Part shown: piece after piece, positions 56,158-64,000 of the stretch
Layout of the letters: every line of letters starts with the position of its first letter
Position numbering within the stretch: position 1 is the first letter of the stretch
From: an uncultured Chloroflexia bacterium
GTDB lineage: Bacteria; Chloroflexota; Chloroflexia; QHBQ01; JADMIH01
Assembly: GCA_963797095.1 (NCBI GenBank)
Contig: CAWCNY010000002.1
Span: 1,056,001 to 1,120,000 of the forward strand
DNA length: 64,000 nt
Reading direction: 5' to 3'
Position numbers and translations under genes: made by a program
The notes under the pieces: model-generated
What the model was told of the DNA's origin: nothing
Databases searched by the model: none
Seen by the model: the letters and a program-made list of their open reading frames with translations, nothing else

Positions 56158-56665
56158 CCGCTGTCGGTTGTGCCTGCGGCGCTTTGTTCTCGTCCTTCGC
56201 GAAGATCAGGCTTGCCAGGACGAGAATGACGCCGATTGTAATCCCGCTGTCGCCCACGTTGAACACAGGAAATGTGTAGACCGTATTGTTTATATTCAGG
56301 TGGGGGCCGTACACTTCAATGAAGTCGACAACGTAGCCTAGACGAATGCGGTCAACCAGATTGCCAAGCGCCCCGCCCACAATCAGCCCCGCCGCCACCG
56401 TTGTGAGACGCGAAGGATTGCCCATTCGCACAAACGCCACCAGGATGCCCGCTATCACCAACGGCGAAAGTATGCTCAGGAGTCCCGTGGCGTCTCGAAG
56501 AAAACCGAAGGCTGCCCCTGTGTTCTGGACATAGCGAAGACGGGCGAAGCCATCAATAATCGAGATTGTGTCGCCTAGCTTCAGGGTAGAAACGATCCAC
56601 CATTTTACGAGTTGATCGAGGACGAGCACCACCAATGCGGTGATTGCCAGCACTCTATATTTCAC
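56096..56665 (-). CDS. lspA: Lipoprotein signal peptidase II
   Basis: LDQLVK, NTGAAFG, GGALGNLVDR, VVDFI, FNVGD; GTG 56665 overlaps the upstream TGA. Confidence 0.95.
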   Translation of the reverse strand: MKYRVLAITALVVLVLDQLVKWWIVSTLKLGDTISIIDGFARLRYVQNTGAAFGFLRDATGLLSILSPLVIAGILVAFVRMGNPSRLTTVAAGLIVGGALGNLVDRIRLGYVVDFIEVYGPHLNINNTVYTFPVFNVGDSGITIGVILVLASLIFAKDENKAPQAQPTADDQPTTPPNTSTSNNTHVAG

Positions 56666-57063
56666 AGGCGCCCTCGGTCGGCCAACTGCTGGCAATCAAT
56701 ACAGTAAATAGAGAAGGGGCGGGCCTTCAGGCGGGCTGGGCTGATCGGCTTGCCGCAGTTCGCGCAGATCCCATAGGTGCCCGCTTCCATGCGCGCAAGG
56801 GCTTCATTCACCTGCTCCAATTCGTGCTGTGCTTTGTTCTGGAGGGTGATCATCGTTTCTTGTTCAGCGGTGTCGTTCGCATCGTCGGCCATGTGGTTGC
56901 CGACCCCGCCGCGCTCAGGCACCAGGTCGTCGCCGTCCTCGGCGATCTCGCGCTCCTTCGTTTCTATATCGTGGTGCAAGCGGGCTTTGAGAGTCAGCAA
57001 CTGCTCCTTAAGCGCCCCCATATCGAGAGTAGGTTCGTCATCCATGTAGTCATTATCCGCCAT
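56662..57063 (-). CDS. TraR/DksA C4 zinc-finger protein
   Basis: HMADDAND, ALARMEAGTYGICANCGKPISPARLKARP....CIDC. Confidence 0.92.
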   Translation of the reverse strand: MADNDYMDDEPTLDMGALKEQLLTLKARLHHDIETKEREIAEDGDDLVPERGGVGNHMADDANDTAEQETMITLQNKAQHELEQVNEALARMEAGTYGICANCGKPISPARLKARPFSIYCIDCQQLADRGRL

Positions 57064-57162
57064 GTCTGTCTCCTCATTGAGCCAGAGAATCAGGGCACCG
57101 CGCCTTTTCGGCCACCCTGGCTTGCAGTGTCTATCCTCTGATTATACCACAAGCGGATTGGC

Positions 57163-58947
57163 CTACTTACAGGGCGAGACATTCAGCCCAAGCAAACCGA
57201 GCAACACTTCGTATTGAGTGCCGCTATTCTCAGGGTGGAGCTCGAAACGAGCGCGCTCGAAATATTGGACCGAGTAAGTCTTGCCATCGATCGCGCTATT
57301 TTCCAGCACCGGCTCCGAGATAGGATAACCGAACTGGCGGAGCGCGCCGTTCTCCTGCCAGTAAGCGAGGAACGAGTCGCTCAGGCTGTGGCCCACCTGC
57401 GGGAAATAGATGGTGTTCAACCCAATAGGTGGGTCGGCTGCCGGTGGGAAAGTGCGGCTGCCTGCTACTTGCACGCCCAGCAACCCCAACTGCACGTTGT
57501 TTGGCGCTGGGTTCTCCGGGTGGTACTCGAAGCGATTGCGCTCGAAATATTGCACGGCATACGGCTTGCCGTCGGTAGGGCTTTTCTCGATAAATTCCTC
57601 GGTGATGGGGTAGCCGTAGACAGGCAAGCCTCCGTATTCCTGCCAGTATTTCAAGAATGCCCCGCCCAGCGTGTGCCCCGTCTCAGGAAAGTAGATTCTA
57701 TCTGTCGTGGAGGTTGCAGGAGCAATAGGATTACACGCTACAGGCTTAGGGGTGGGTGTGGCGGTTGGAGTGGGCGGTGGGATAGTGGCTGTGGCGGTAG
57801 GTTGTGGATTGGTAGCCGTGGGAGGTGTGTATGGCGTGCCGGGCGGGTTTGTAGGGAAGCCCGGAGGTGTGGGGGTAGTTGGCACAGGTGTTGGGAGCGC
57901 CGCGATGCTATTCCAGATGAGCGGGTCCTCCTGCCCTAGCCGCCAGAGCGCAAAGCCCGCCATGCCCCGCCCACTCACCAACTCCATCTTGGCATCAAAA
58001 CTGCGCTGATCCTCATACCACACCTGGCGAGAAACGCCCGTGAGGGTGTAGCGCGCCCACGGGGCCTGGGCCGCCGTGTCGTAGCCGCTCTGAGCGCCCG
58101 TTTGATGGGTGATGGCGTCGGCCTCTGCCCAGGTGCGCGGGTCCGCCCTCCCGATAGCCTTGCCATCGGAGCCAACGGGCCAATCATACCCGTAGACCCC
58201 CACTCCCCAGATGATCTGGTTGGCCGGGATGTGTGCTACTGCATACGTGGCAGTATCGCGCAGCTTGCTCATGGGTGCGATAGGGCCGGGGTCACCCGTT
58301 GTGTACGAGTAGTCGTAAGCCATCACCATCGCATAATCCACCACTTTGCCGATGGCCGGGTAGTCATAAGGCGCGGCCCAGCCTGTGCTCACATCGCGAG
58401 TCTTGGCAGCCACCACCGCCACTGTGAGCTTTCCTTTCGGGTGCAACCTGTCGTATATACGGCTGAAAAGGATAGTAAGCTGGGTCTTGTCCGTGGCGTT
58501 GAGCGCCTCGAAGTCGAGCGTGATGCCGTCGTAGTTGTTGTTAGTGACCAGCGCATCTATCTGGTCGACTATGTAATTCATCTTATCCGGGTTATTAACC
58601 AACCCGGAGAAATCGTTGTACTCGGCGCTGGTGTTCTTGAGCATAGGCAGGTTCTTCGCGCCCGCCGAATGGATCAGAGATGACACCTCGGCCTGGTCGC
58701 TACCCGAAATGCGCCCATCGGGGTTCAGGTTGTAGAACCAGGGCGAAACGTGTGTGAGCTTCTGCACGTTTGCCCTCAGCGATTCCAGCGAATTAGGGTT
58801 GTAAGTTATATAGAAGCCCCAACGTATGCCAACGCCGCCGGTGGCCGCGCTTACATCCCGTATGGTGACCGTCGCAACGACCACAGTAAGGACAGCGAGC
58901 AGCGCAACCGGCAAAGCGGCCACTCTCACGATACGCGGTCTTTTCAT
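57163..58947 (-). CDS. Secreted GH18 glycoside hydrolase with Pro/Thr linker and two FxETGH/QYFER repeats
   Basis: YDGITLDFE (DxxDxE-type), VMAYD, YGYDW, FALWRLGQED. Confidence 0.88.
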   Translation of the reverse strand: MKRPRIVRVAALPVALLAVLTVVVATVTIRDVSAATGGVGIRWGFYITYNPNSLESLRANVQKLTHVSPWFYNLNPDGRISGSDQAEVSSLIHSAGAKNLPMLKNTSAEYNDFSGLVNNPDKMNYIVDQIDALVTNNNYDGITLDFEALNATDKTQLTILFSRIYDRLHPKGKLTVAVVAAKTRDVSTGWAAPYDYPAIGKVVDYAMVMAYDYSYTTGDPGPIAPMSKLRDTATYAVAHIPANQIIWGVGVYGYDWPVGSDGKAIGRADPRTWAEADAITHQTGAQSGYDTAAQAPWARYTLTGVSRQVWYEDQRSFDAKMELVSGRGMAGFALWRLGQEDPLIWNSIAALPTPVPTTPTPPGFPTNPPGTPYTPPTATNPQPTATATIPPPTPTATPTPKPVACNPIAPATSTTDRIYFPETGHTLGGAFLKYWQEYGGLPVYGYPITEEFIEKSPTDGKPYAVQYFERNRFEYHPENPAPNNVQLGLLGVQVAGSRTFPPAADPPIGLNTIYFPQVGHSLSDSFLAYWQENGALRQFGYPISEPVLENSAIDGKTYSVQYFERARFELHPENSGTQYEVLLGLLGLNVSPCK

Positions 58948-58984
58948 GGTATCTCCTGCTTAGTTGTCATAACATCCTGCGCCG

Positions 58985-59013
58985 ATTATAGAGGGTGAGG
59001 ATGCGCAAGTCAA
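58985..59013 (-). promoter_or_regulatory. Sigma-70-type promoter of the GH18 gene
   Basis: Minus strand TTGACT, 17 bp, TATAAT. Confidence 0.7.
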
Positions 59014-59186
59014 AAGATTGTGGATACTCCGCATAACTGCCGCCTAATAGCCTAACGTGCGTGCTGCAACTTGGTCGCACGACTTACCCTATTTACGACT
59101 TAAGACTGATTGACACCTCACGCATCGCCCATGTTATACTTAGTGAAGCTAACTATTTATCACCCTAATATATATGGCACATAGAA

Positions 59187-59798
59187 TTGGAGTTTAGAGA
59201 GATGGCACACGCGATAAGGATCATGCCAGATAGCAAAGAAGCGGAGGCAATAATGGAGGCCGAGCGTCTTCACGACGAAGTGTTAGAATTGGCTGTTACC
59301 CATCTGATCGGCACCATGCCCAGGATGTTCAGGAACATCAAGCATGGTCTACGTTACACAGACGGTGATGGGCCATTTCGCGACCTGGGCGAGCAGCAAA
59401 TCTGGGTGCTGTACAACCTGTCCCGAGGCAGGCAATTGACCAGTGAGCTTGCTCGTGCCTTCAATGTAACCATGCCAACCATCACACGCGCAGTAGATAC
59501 CCTTGTGGAGAAGGGGTATGTCGAGCGCCAGCCTGACGACGAAGATAGGCGGCGCATTTATCTCCAGCTTACCGAGGCCGGGGCGCTGATAAGCGACTAT
59601 GCTCACGCACAGTTTCGCTCCGCTGTATCGCGCTACCTATCCCCCCTCGGTGATAGCCAACTTCGCGACGTCGTACTCGCTTGCAAGCATCTCGGTGCGC
59701 TGCTGCCCGAAGGCTTGTACGATTACGAAGGGGTTTGCCCTGTCCGCCCTGATGAGCTTTCCAGGGACGAGAAGAACGCTTCGGGCGCGATTGCATAA
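59187..59798 (+). CDS. MarR-family regulator
   Basis: TSELARAFNVTMPTITRAVDTLVEKGYVER..D.EDRRRIYLQLTEAG; start uncertain (59187, 59202 or 59223). Confidence 0.9.
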   Translation: MEFREMAHAIRIMPDSKEAEAIMEAERLHDEVLELAVTHLIGTMPRMFRNIKHGLRYTDGDGPFRDLGEQQIWVLYNLSRGRQLTSELARAFNVTMPTITRAVDTLVEKGYVERQPDDEDRRRIYLQLTEAGALISDYAHAQFRSAVSRYLSPLGDSQLRDVVLACKHLGALLPEGLYDYEGVCPVRPDELSRDEKNASGAIA

Positions 59799-59855
59799 GC
59801 GAATTGGTTCAAATAGGGCTGCACTAATCAAGACATTCGAGGAGAACGTACCATA

Positions 59856-61778
59856 ATGGAAAATAGGACTGACAGAGGCCGGTCGGCGGCGCAAGGAGTC
59901 GTGGCGACCCAGGCCTCAACAGCAGCACCGGCGGCAGGCGCACAGCCAAAGGTTTATTCACGCGGGCAGGTGCTGGCGGTGATGGCGAGCGTGTTGCTCG
60001 GCATCCTGTTGGCTGCCCTTGACCAGACTATTGTAGGCCCGGCGCTCCCCAAGATTATCGGCGAGTTGCAAGGCTTCGACCAGTATTCATGGGTGGTGAC
60101 CATCTATCTGCTCACCTCCACAATCAGCGTGCCTATCATCGGCAAGTTGTCCGACATGTATGGGCGCAAGTGGTTCTACGTAGCAGGCATCGTTACATTT
60201 GTGATCGGCTCGGCTTTGTCGGGCTTGAGCGCTGATATGCTCCAGCTAATCATCTTCAGGGGCTTCCAGGGTCTTGGAGCCGGTATGCTGTTCGGTATCG
60301 CGTTCGCCATCATAGCCGATGTTATTCCTCCGGCGGATCGAGGCAAGTGGCAGGGTGTGTTTGGGTCGGTGTTCGGCCTGGCTTCGGTAGTTGGTCCCAC
60401 CATTGGCGGTTTCCTCACCGATAACCTGAGCTGGCGCTGGGTTTTCTACGTAAATGTGCCCGTAGGTGTGCTGGCTATCGCTGTGCTGCTATTCTCCTTC
60501 CCAAGAGAGGATAGAGCGCACGTTCAGAAGTCAATCGACTGGATCGGCGCTGGGGCGCTGGTTGCTTCTATCACGCCGCTCCTGTTGGCACTGTCGTTCG
60601 GTGGCAAAGATTGGGCCTGGGACTCATGGCAGATCATCGGCTCGTTCGCGATGGCCGCGATCTTCCTGGCCGTCTTCCTCTTCGCCGAGAGTCGAGCCAA
60701 AGAGCCTATCATCCCGCTCGATATATTCAAGAACGACATCTTCACCGTGTCCTCAATTACGGTCTTTATGACCGGCCTGGGGCTGTTCGGGGCTGTGATC
60801 TACATACCCCTCTTTATCCAGGCCATCCAGGGTGGTAGCGCCACCAGCAGCGGCAACGCTGTTACCCCCATGACCCTGTCAATCGTGGTTTCCAGCGTGA
60901 TCACAGGCCAGATCGTGTCGCGCCTGGGTAAGTATCGGATCATAGGTATCGTGGGCATGGCGATGGTGACGCTCGGCATGACCCTGCTCTGGACCATGAA
61001 TGTGGATACACCCCGACTGACCACTATCATCTACATGATCATTATGGGTCTGGGGTTGGGTGTGGCCTTCCCGCTCTATACATTGGTGGTGCAGAATGCA
61101 TTCCCCTTCCAGCGCGTCGGCGTGGTAACGGCGGCTCTCCAATTCTTCCGCTCGATCGGTAGCACGGTGGGCACAGCGGTGCTCGGTACGCTGGTGAACA
61201 CCCAGTTCCACGACCGCTTCCCAGTGGAGTTGGCTAACCAGGTCAAGCAACTCCCGCCGGATGTGGCCTCTAACATACCTGTAGATCAACTTGTGGCCCA
61301 TCTTGGCAACATCAACCCACAGGCGCTGTTGAGCGATGGTGGCGTGGATGCGCTGACCTCCCAACTTACCCAGAGTGGGGTGCCATCAACGTTCGTAGGC
61401 ACTCTCGTCGACCTGATTTTCAAGGCTATGAAGCCCGCCCTCTTCGGCGGCATCCAGACCGCCTTCCTCATCGGCGCGATAATGCTGGCGCTCGGCCTGG
61501 TCGCCACGATCTTCCTCCGCGAAATCCCGTTGCGCAAGAGCAATATGCCGGTCGCGGCGATGGCTGAAGGTGGTCACGTCTCACCGGAGGAAGGCCAGCC
61601 GGGAGCCAATGGGCGTGTGCCCGCTGCGAGCAGCGGCAACCGGACTTCCGGCAACGGGTATCGTCCAACCCTCGAAGGCGAACTGGCCGAAGCAGGCCAG
61701 GAGTTCGCCGCAAGCGGCCTACCGGGCGCTACCTCCCTCGACGCCGACTATGAACCACGGGTTGGCGACGCGGAATGA
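59856..61778 (+). CDS. DHA2 (EmrB/QacA-type) MFS efflux transporter
   Basis: LAALDQTIVGPALP, WVVTIYLL, GKLSDMYGRK, RGFQGLGAG, WRWVFYVNVP, FFRSIGSTVG. Confidence 0.93.
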   Translation: MENRTDRGRSAAQGVVATQASTAAPAAGAQPKVYSRGQVLAVMASVLLGILLAALDQTIVGPALPKIIGELQGFDQYSWVVTIYLLTSTISVPIIGKLSDMYGRKWFYVAGIVTFVIGSALSGLSADMLQLIIFRGFQGLGAGMLFGIAFAIIADVIPPADRGKWQGVFGSVFGLASVVGPTIGGFLTDNLSWRWVFYVNVPVGVLAIAVLLFSFPREDRAHVQKSIDWIGAGALVASITPLLLALSFGGKDWAWDSWQIIGSFAMAAIFLAVFLFAESRAKEPIIPLDIFKNDIFTVSSITVFMTGLGLFGAVIYIPLFIQAIQGGSATSSGNAVTPMTLSIVVSSVITGQIVSRLGKYRIIGIVGMAMVTLGMTLLWTMNVDTPRLTTIIYMIIMGLGLGVAFPLYTLVVQNAFPFQRVGVVTAALQFFRSIGSTVGTAVLGTLVNTQFHDRFPVELANQVKQLPPDVASNIPVDQLVAHLGNINPQALLSDGGVDALTSQLTQSGVPSTFVGTLVDLIFKAMKPALFGGIQTAFLIGAIMLALGLVATIFLREIPLRKSNMPVAAMAEGGHVSPEEGQPGANGRVPAASSGNRTSGNGYRPTLEGELAEAGQEFAASGLPGATSLDADYEPRVGDAE

Positions 61779-61796
61779 GTCTCACATAATCTGGTT

Positions 61797-61843
61797 CTAA
61801 AAAGGCAAAAATGGTGGCGCAGCCACCATTTTTGCCTTTTTAG
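61797..61843. terminator. 22-bp perfect hairpin terminator after the MFS gene
   Basis: ctaaaaaggcaaaaatggtggc-gca-gccaccatttttgcctttttag. Confidence 0.85.
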
Positions 61844-63141
61844 GGACTCTCAAGAAATTAACAAGCCTGGGAGTAGAGTGGAGCAGGAGTGATGTCGAGA
61901 AACCATTTGCCCAACGTTTTATGGCGTATGAGTTGCCCTTCTACTGCCTTCATCGCCTCTTTGCTCAGTTTCACCCCACTGGCATACCTTGTTGTCACCA
62001 GTTCCACTGCCGGTCGGCGCCCCTTCCAGGTCATCGTCCCCGCATACGCAATTACTGCCTCTATGGAGTCGAGTAATGCACCGTTCCAATGGTTTTCCAG
62101 GATGCCCCAACAGCGCTCAACCGCATTGTACTTGCTGTGGTACGGTGGGTAGTAAGCCAGCCGCACCTTTATCCCGTAGTCCGATGCGAAATTCAGCAGT
62201 CGCTGCACGAATTGGGTGCGCCGACTGTGGTTCTCCGGTCCATTATCCAGATTGATCACCAGCGTCCTGATTGTGGCGAAGCGACTGCGCACGCTCTGCC
62301 ACCACTGCTCCAGACAATCGACCAGGCAGTCACTCGTCACTTTGGAAGTAATGCCATATAGAAACAATTCGTTCGACTGGGGTAGCATAATCCCCACTGG
62401 CGTCACCTTTGCCAGCGCTTCAAAGTCGTGGTCAGCGGCTGCGGTCGGCACACGAGACTTACCACCACGGGAGAATGGCCCGACTAAAACAGCCGCTTTG
62501 GCGTCCATAGAAATGCGCAATTCCCTCTCATTAGCATCGGCTGCGCGATTGACCGCATTTACTTGCTCGAAGATGGCATCAGTTTGGGGGACTTTTTTTG
62601 GGGTTGCGACTTGGCAACCTTCTTGGGGTAGTAGCCCAGGTCATTCAACTTGCCCCCGATGGTTTCTGGGGTAGGCAACTGCGGGTCGGTGTAGCCCTTT
62701 TGCGCGATCAACTGACGGCGCACTTCGGCGGCAGAGAGGCGGGTATAGAGGCGGTTAGTACGAAACTGAGGATCAGCCTGGCTCTGGCTATCGACTATAG
62801 CTTGCAGATCCGGTAATAGGTTGGGCAGATGAACTTCTGACCGCTTGCGGCCACGCGCAGCGAAAGCATCGACACATCTGATGCCAGTGTCAAGTTCATG
62901 GATACCTTTGCGAATAGTCATGCGGCCCCAGTGCAGTTCACGGGCTGCGAGAGCTTGACCACCAGGACCGAGTTCTTTGACGGTACGGGCCATAAACAAG
63001 CGGCGGTCACTGCCTTTGAGGGACTTAGCGGTCTCGATTAGCATTGTCTTGAGAGAGTTGGTTAGTTCCATCAACATACCTCCAGAGTGTGATCACTGGA
63101 GTATAACACCAGAAGAGGCTAGTTTATTCATCGAGAGTCCC
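61843..63141 (-). mobile_element. ISAzo13-family insertion sequence (1299 bp)
   Basis: Imperfect TIR GGGACTCTCaagaaattaac / GGGACTCTCgatgaataaac; TTA direct repeat at 61840-42 and 63142-44. Confidence 0.85.
61858..63077 (-). CDS. ISAzo13-family transposase split over two frames, joined by a -1 shift at 62592-62599
   Basis: ORF1 DRRLFMA..GGQ..A..ELHWGRMTIRKG; joined product KKVPQTDAIFEQV..ISMDAKA..NLDNGPENHSRRTQF..YYPPYHSKYNAVERCWG. Confidence 0.88.
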
Positions 63142-63458
63142 TTAGAAAGCTAAGGGCAGGTTGCTGGAAAAGGGGGTGCATGGGCGCTCCCCTGCCGGGC
63201 GGGTGCCCTTTGGCGACTGGGGCGTCTCGCAACTCTTCACTCACTATTTACTCCCCTCTCTCCCCTCTCCTCGCTTCATGCAAGGAGAAGGGTGCTAGCC
63301 CGCACTCACCTATGGGTTCCAACGCAAAACCCATCCCAAACTCATGTCGATCCATAGCACATCTATTCGTCTATATATCAGACGAGGGCACAGGCTGACA
63401 CTCTCGTCCGAGATGTATAATCCAACAGATATGGACCAGAGTTAGGAGGACCAAGAAA

Positions 63459-63800
63459 ATGCCGCGTTACATGTTGATCCTGAAGGATAGCGGAGACGAC
63501 TGGGCAAGCTATACGCCTGAGCAGGCCCAGGGAATGATGCAGAAGTATTACGATTGGTCGCGTGAGATAGCCGAGAAGGGCATCTCCCTGGCGGGCGACC
63601 CCCTGACCGAGGGTGGCCGCGTGCTCGCGGTGCGGGATGGTGCTGTGGTAGACGGCCCGTACACCGAGACCAAAGAGAGTATCGCCGGGTACTACATCAT
63701 CAAAGCCGGCGACTACGACAGCGCCGTAGAAATCGCGAAGGGCTGCCCTGCCCTGCTTCACGGCGGTATCGTAGAAGTCCGCGAAGTGCAGGAAGTTTAG
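63459..63800 (+). CDS. YciI (DGPF-type) family protein
   Basis: AGGAGG RBS; MPRYMLIL, VVDGPYTETKESIAGYYII, CP...GGIVEVR. Confidence 0.9.
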   Translation: MPRYMLILKDSGDDWASYTPEQAQGMMQKYYDWSREIAEKGISLAGDPLTEGGRVLAVRDGAVVDGPYTETKESIAGYYIIKAGDYDSAVEIAKGCPALLHGGIVEVREVQEV

Positions 63801-63930
63801 CGTCGCTAGCACACCAGGGGCGAGGCATAACTCGCCCCTACACCCCAACAATCCATTCCACATTCCGAACTCCGAACTTCCCACTAAAAAACTGTACCAA
63901 AGTACACCCCAAAACCTGTCCCGTTTTGCC

Positions 63931-63969
63931 CCACCTTTACCATATAGTACCCACCTTTACCATATAGTA
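63931..63969. repeat. 20-bp-period tandem duplication
   Basis: ccacctttaccatatagta occurs twice, inside the dispersed element shared with 40321. Confidence 0.85.
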
Positions 63970-64000
63970 TATGAGGGCAAGAATAACCATCCATCTACCA

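Noticed and set aside
1-64000. rRNA, tRNA, tmRNA, riboswitches or prophage
   Set aside because: None recognised by eye; an Infernal/tRNAscan run would be needed to exclude divergent RNAs.

Overview
A GC-rich bacterial chromosome segment, most likely Chloroflexota (class Chloroflexia). This is inferred from four proteins carrying the 'YFPETGH...GYP...VQYFER...LGLLG' repeat, five carrying Cys-stapled SLH triplets, and a FemAB-type enzyme. It holds about 55 CDS: housekeeping genes (rpsP-khpA-rimM, tmk, dksA-like-lspA-rluD), many secreted Thr/Pro-linker surface proteins, envelope-glycan enzymes, a MarR-MFS pair and an MntA/HepT toxin-antitoxin pair. Mobile DNA comprises two complete IS elements (IS982-like, ISAzo13-like) and a 227-bp ISAs1-type MITE. 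I recognised no rRNA, tRNA or CRISPR array. Best leads: (1) a two-gene operon in which both proteins fuse an XRE helix-turn-helix to an Hfq/Sm-like domain (37447-39089); (2) a tandemly duplicated cassette of a Tat-exported 12-Cys/2-Trp small protein plus a six-bladed Kelch-SLH protein, reminiscent of quinoprotein amine dehydrogenase light/heavy chains, with a ~1-kb near-identical tract between copies (28187-34026); (3) an amidohydrolase with a sigma-70 region-4-like domain inserted into it (about 9420-9606). All family calls are by-eye motif recognition, not database searches.
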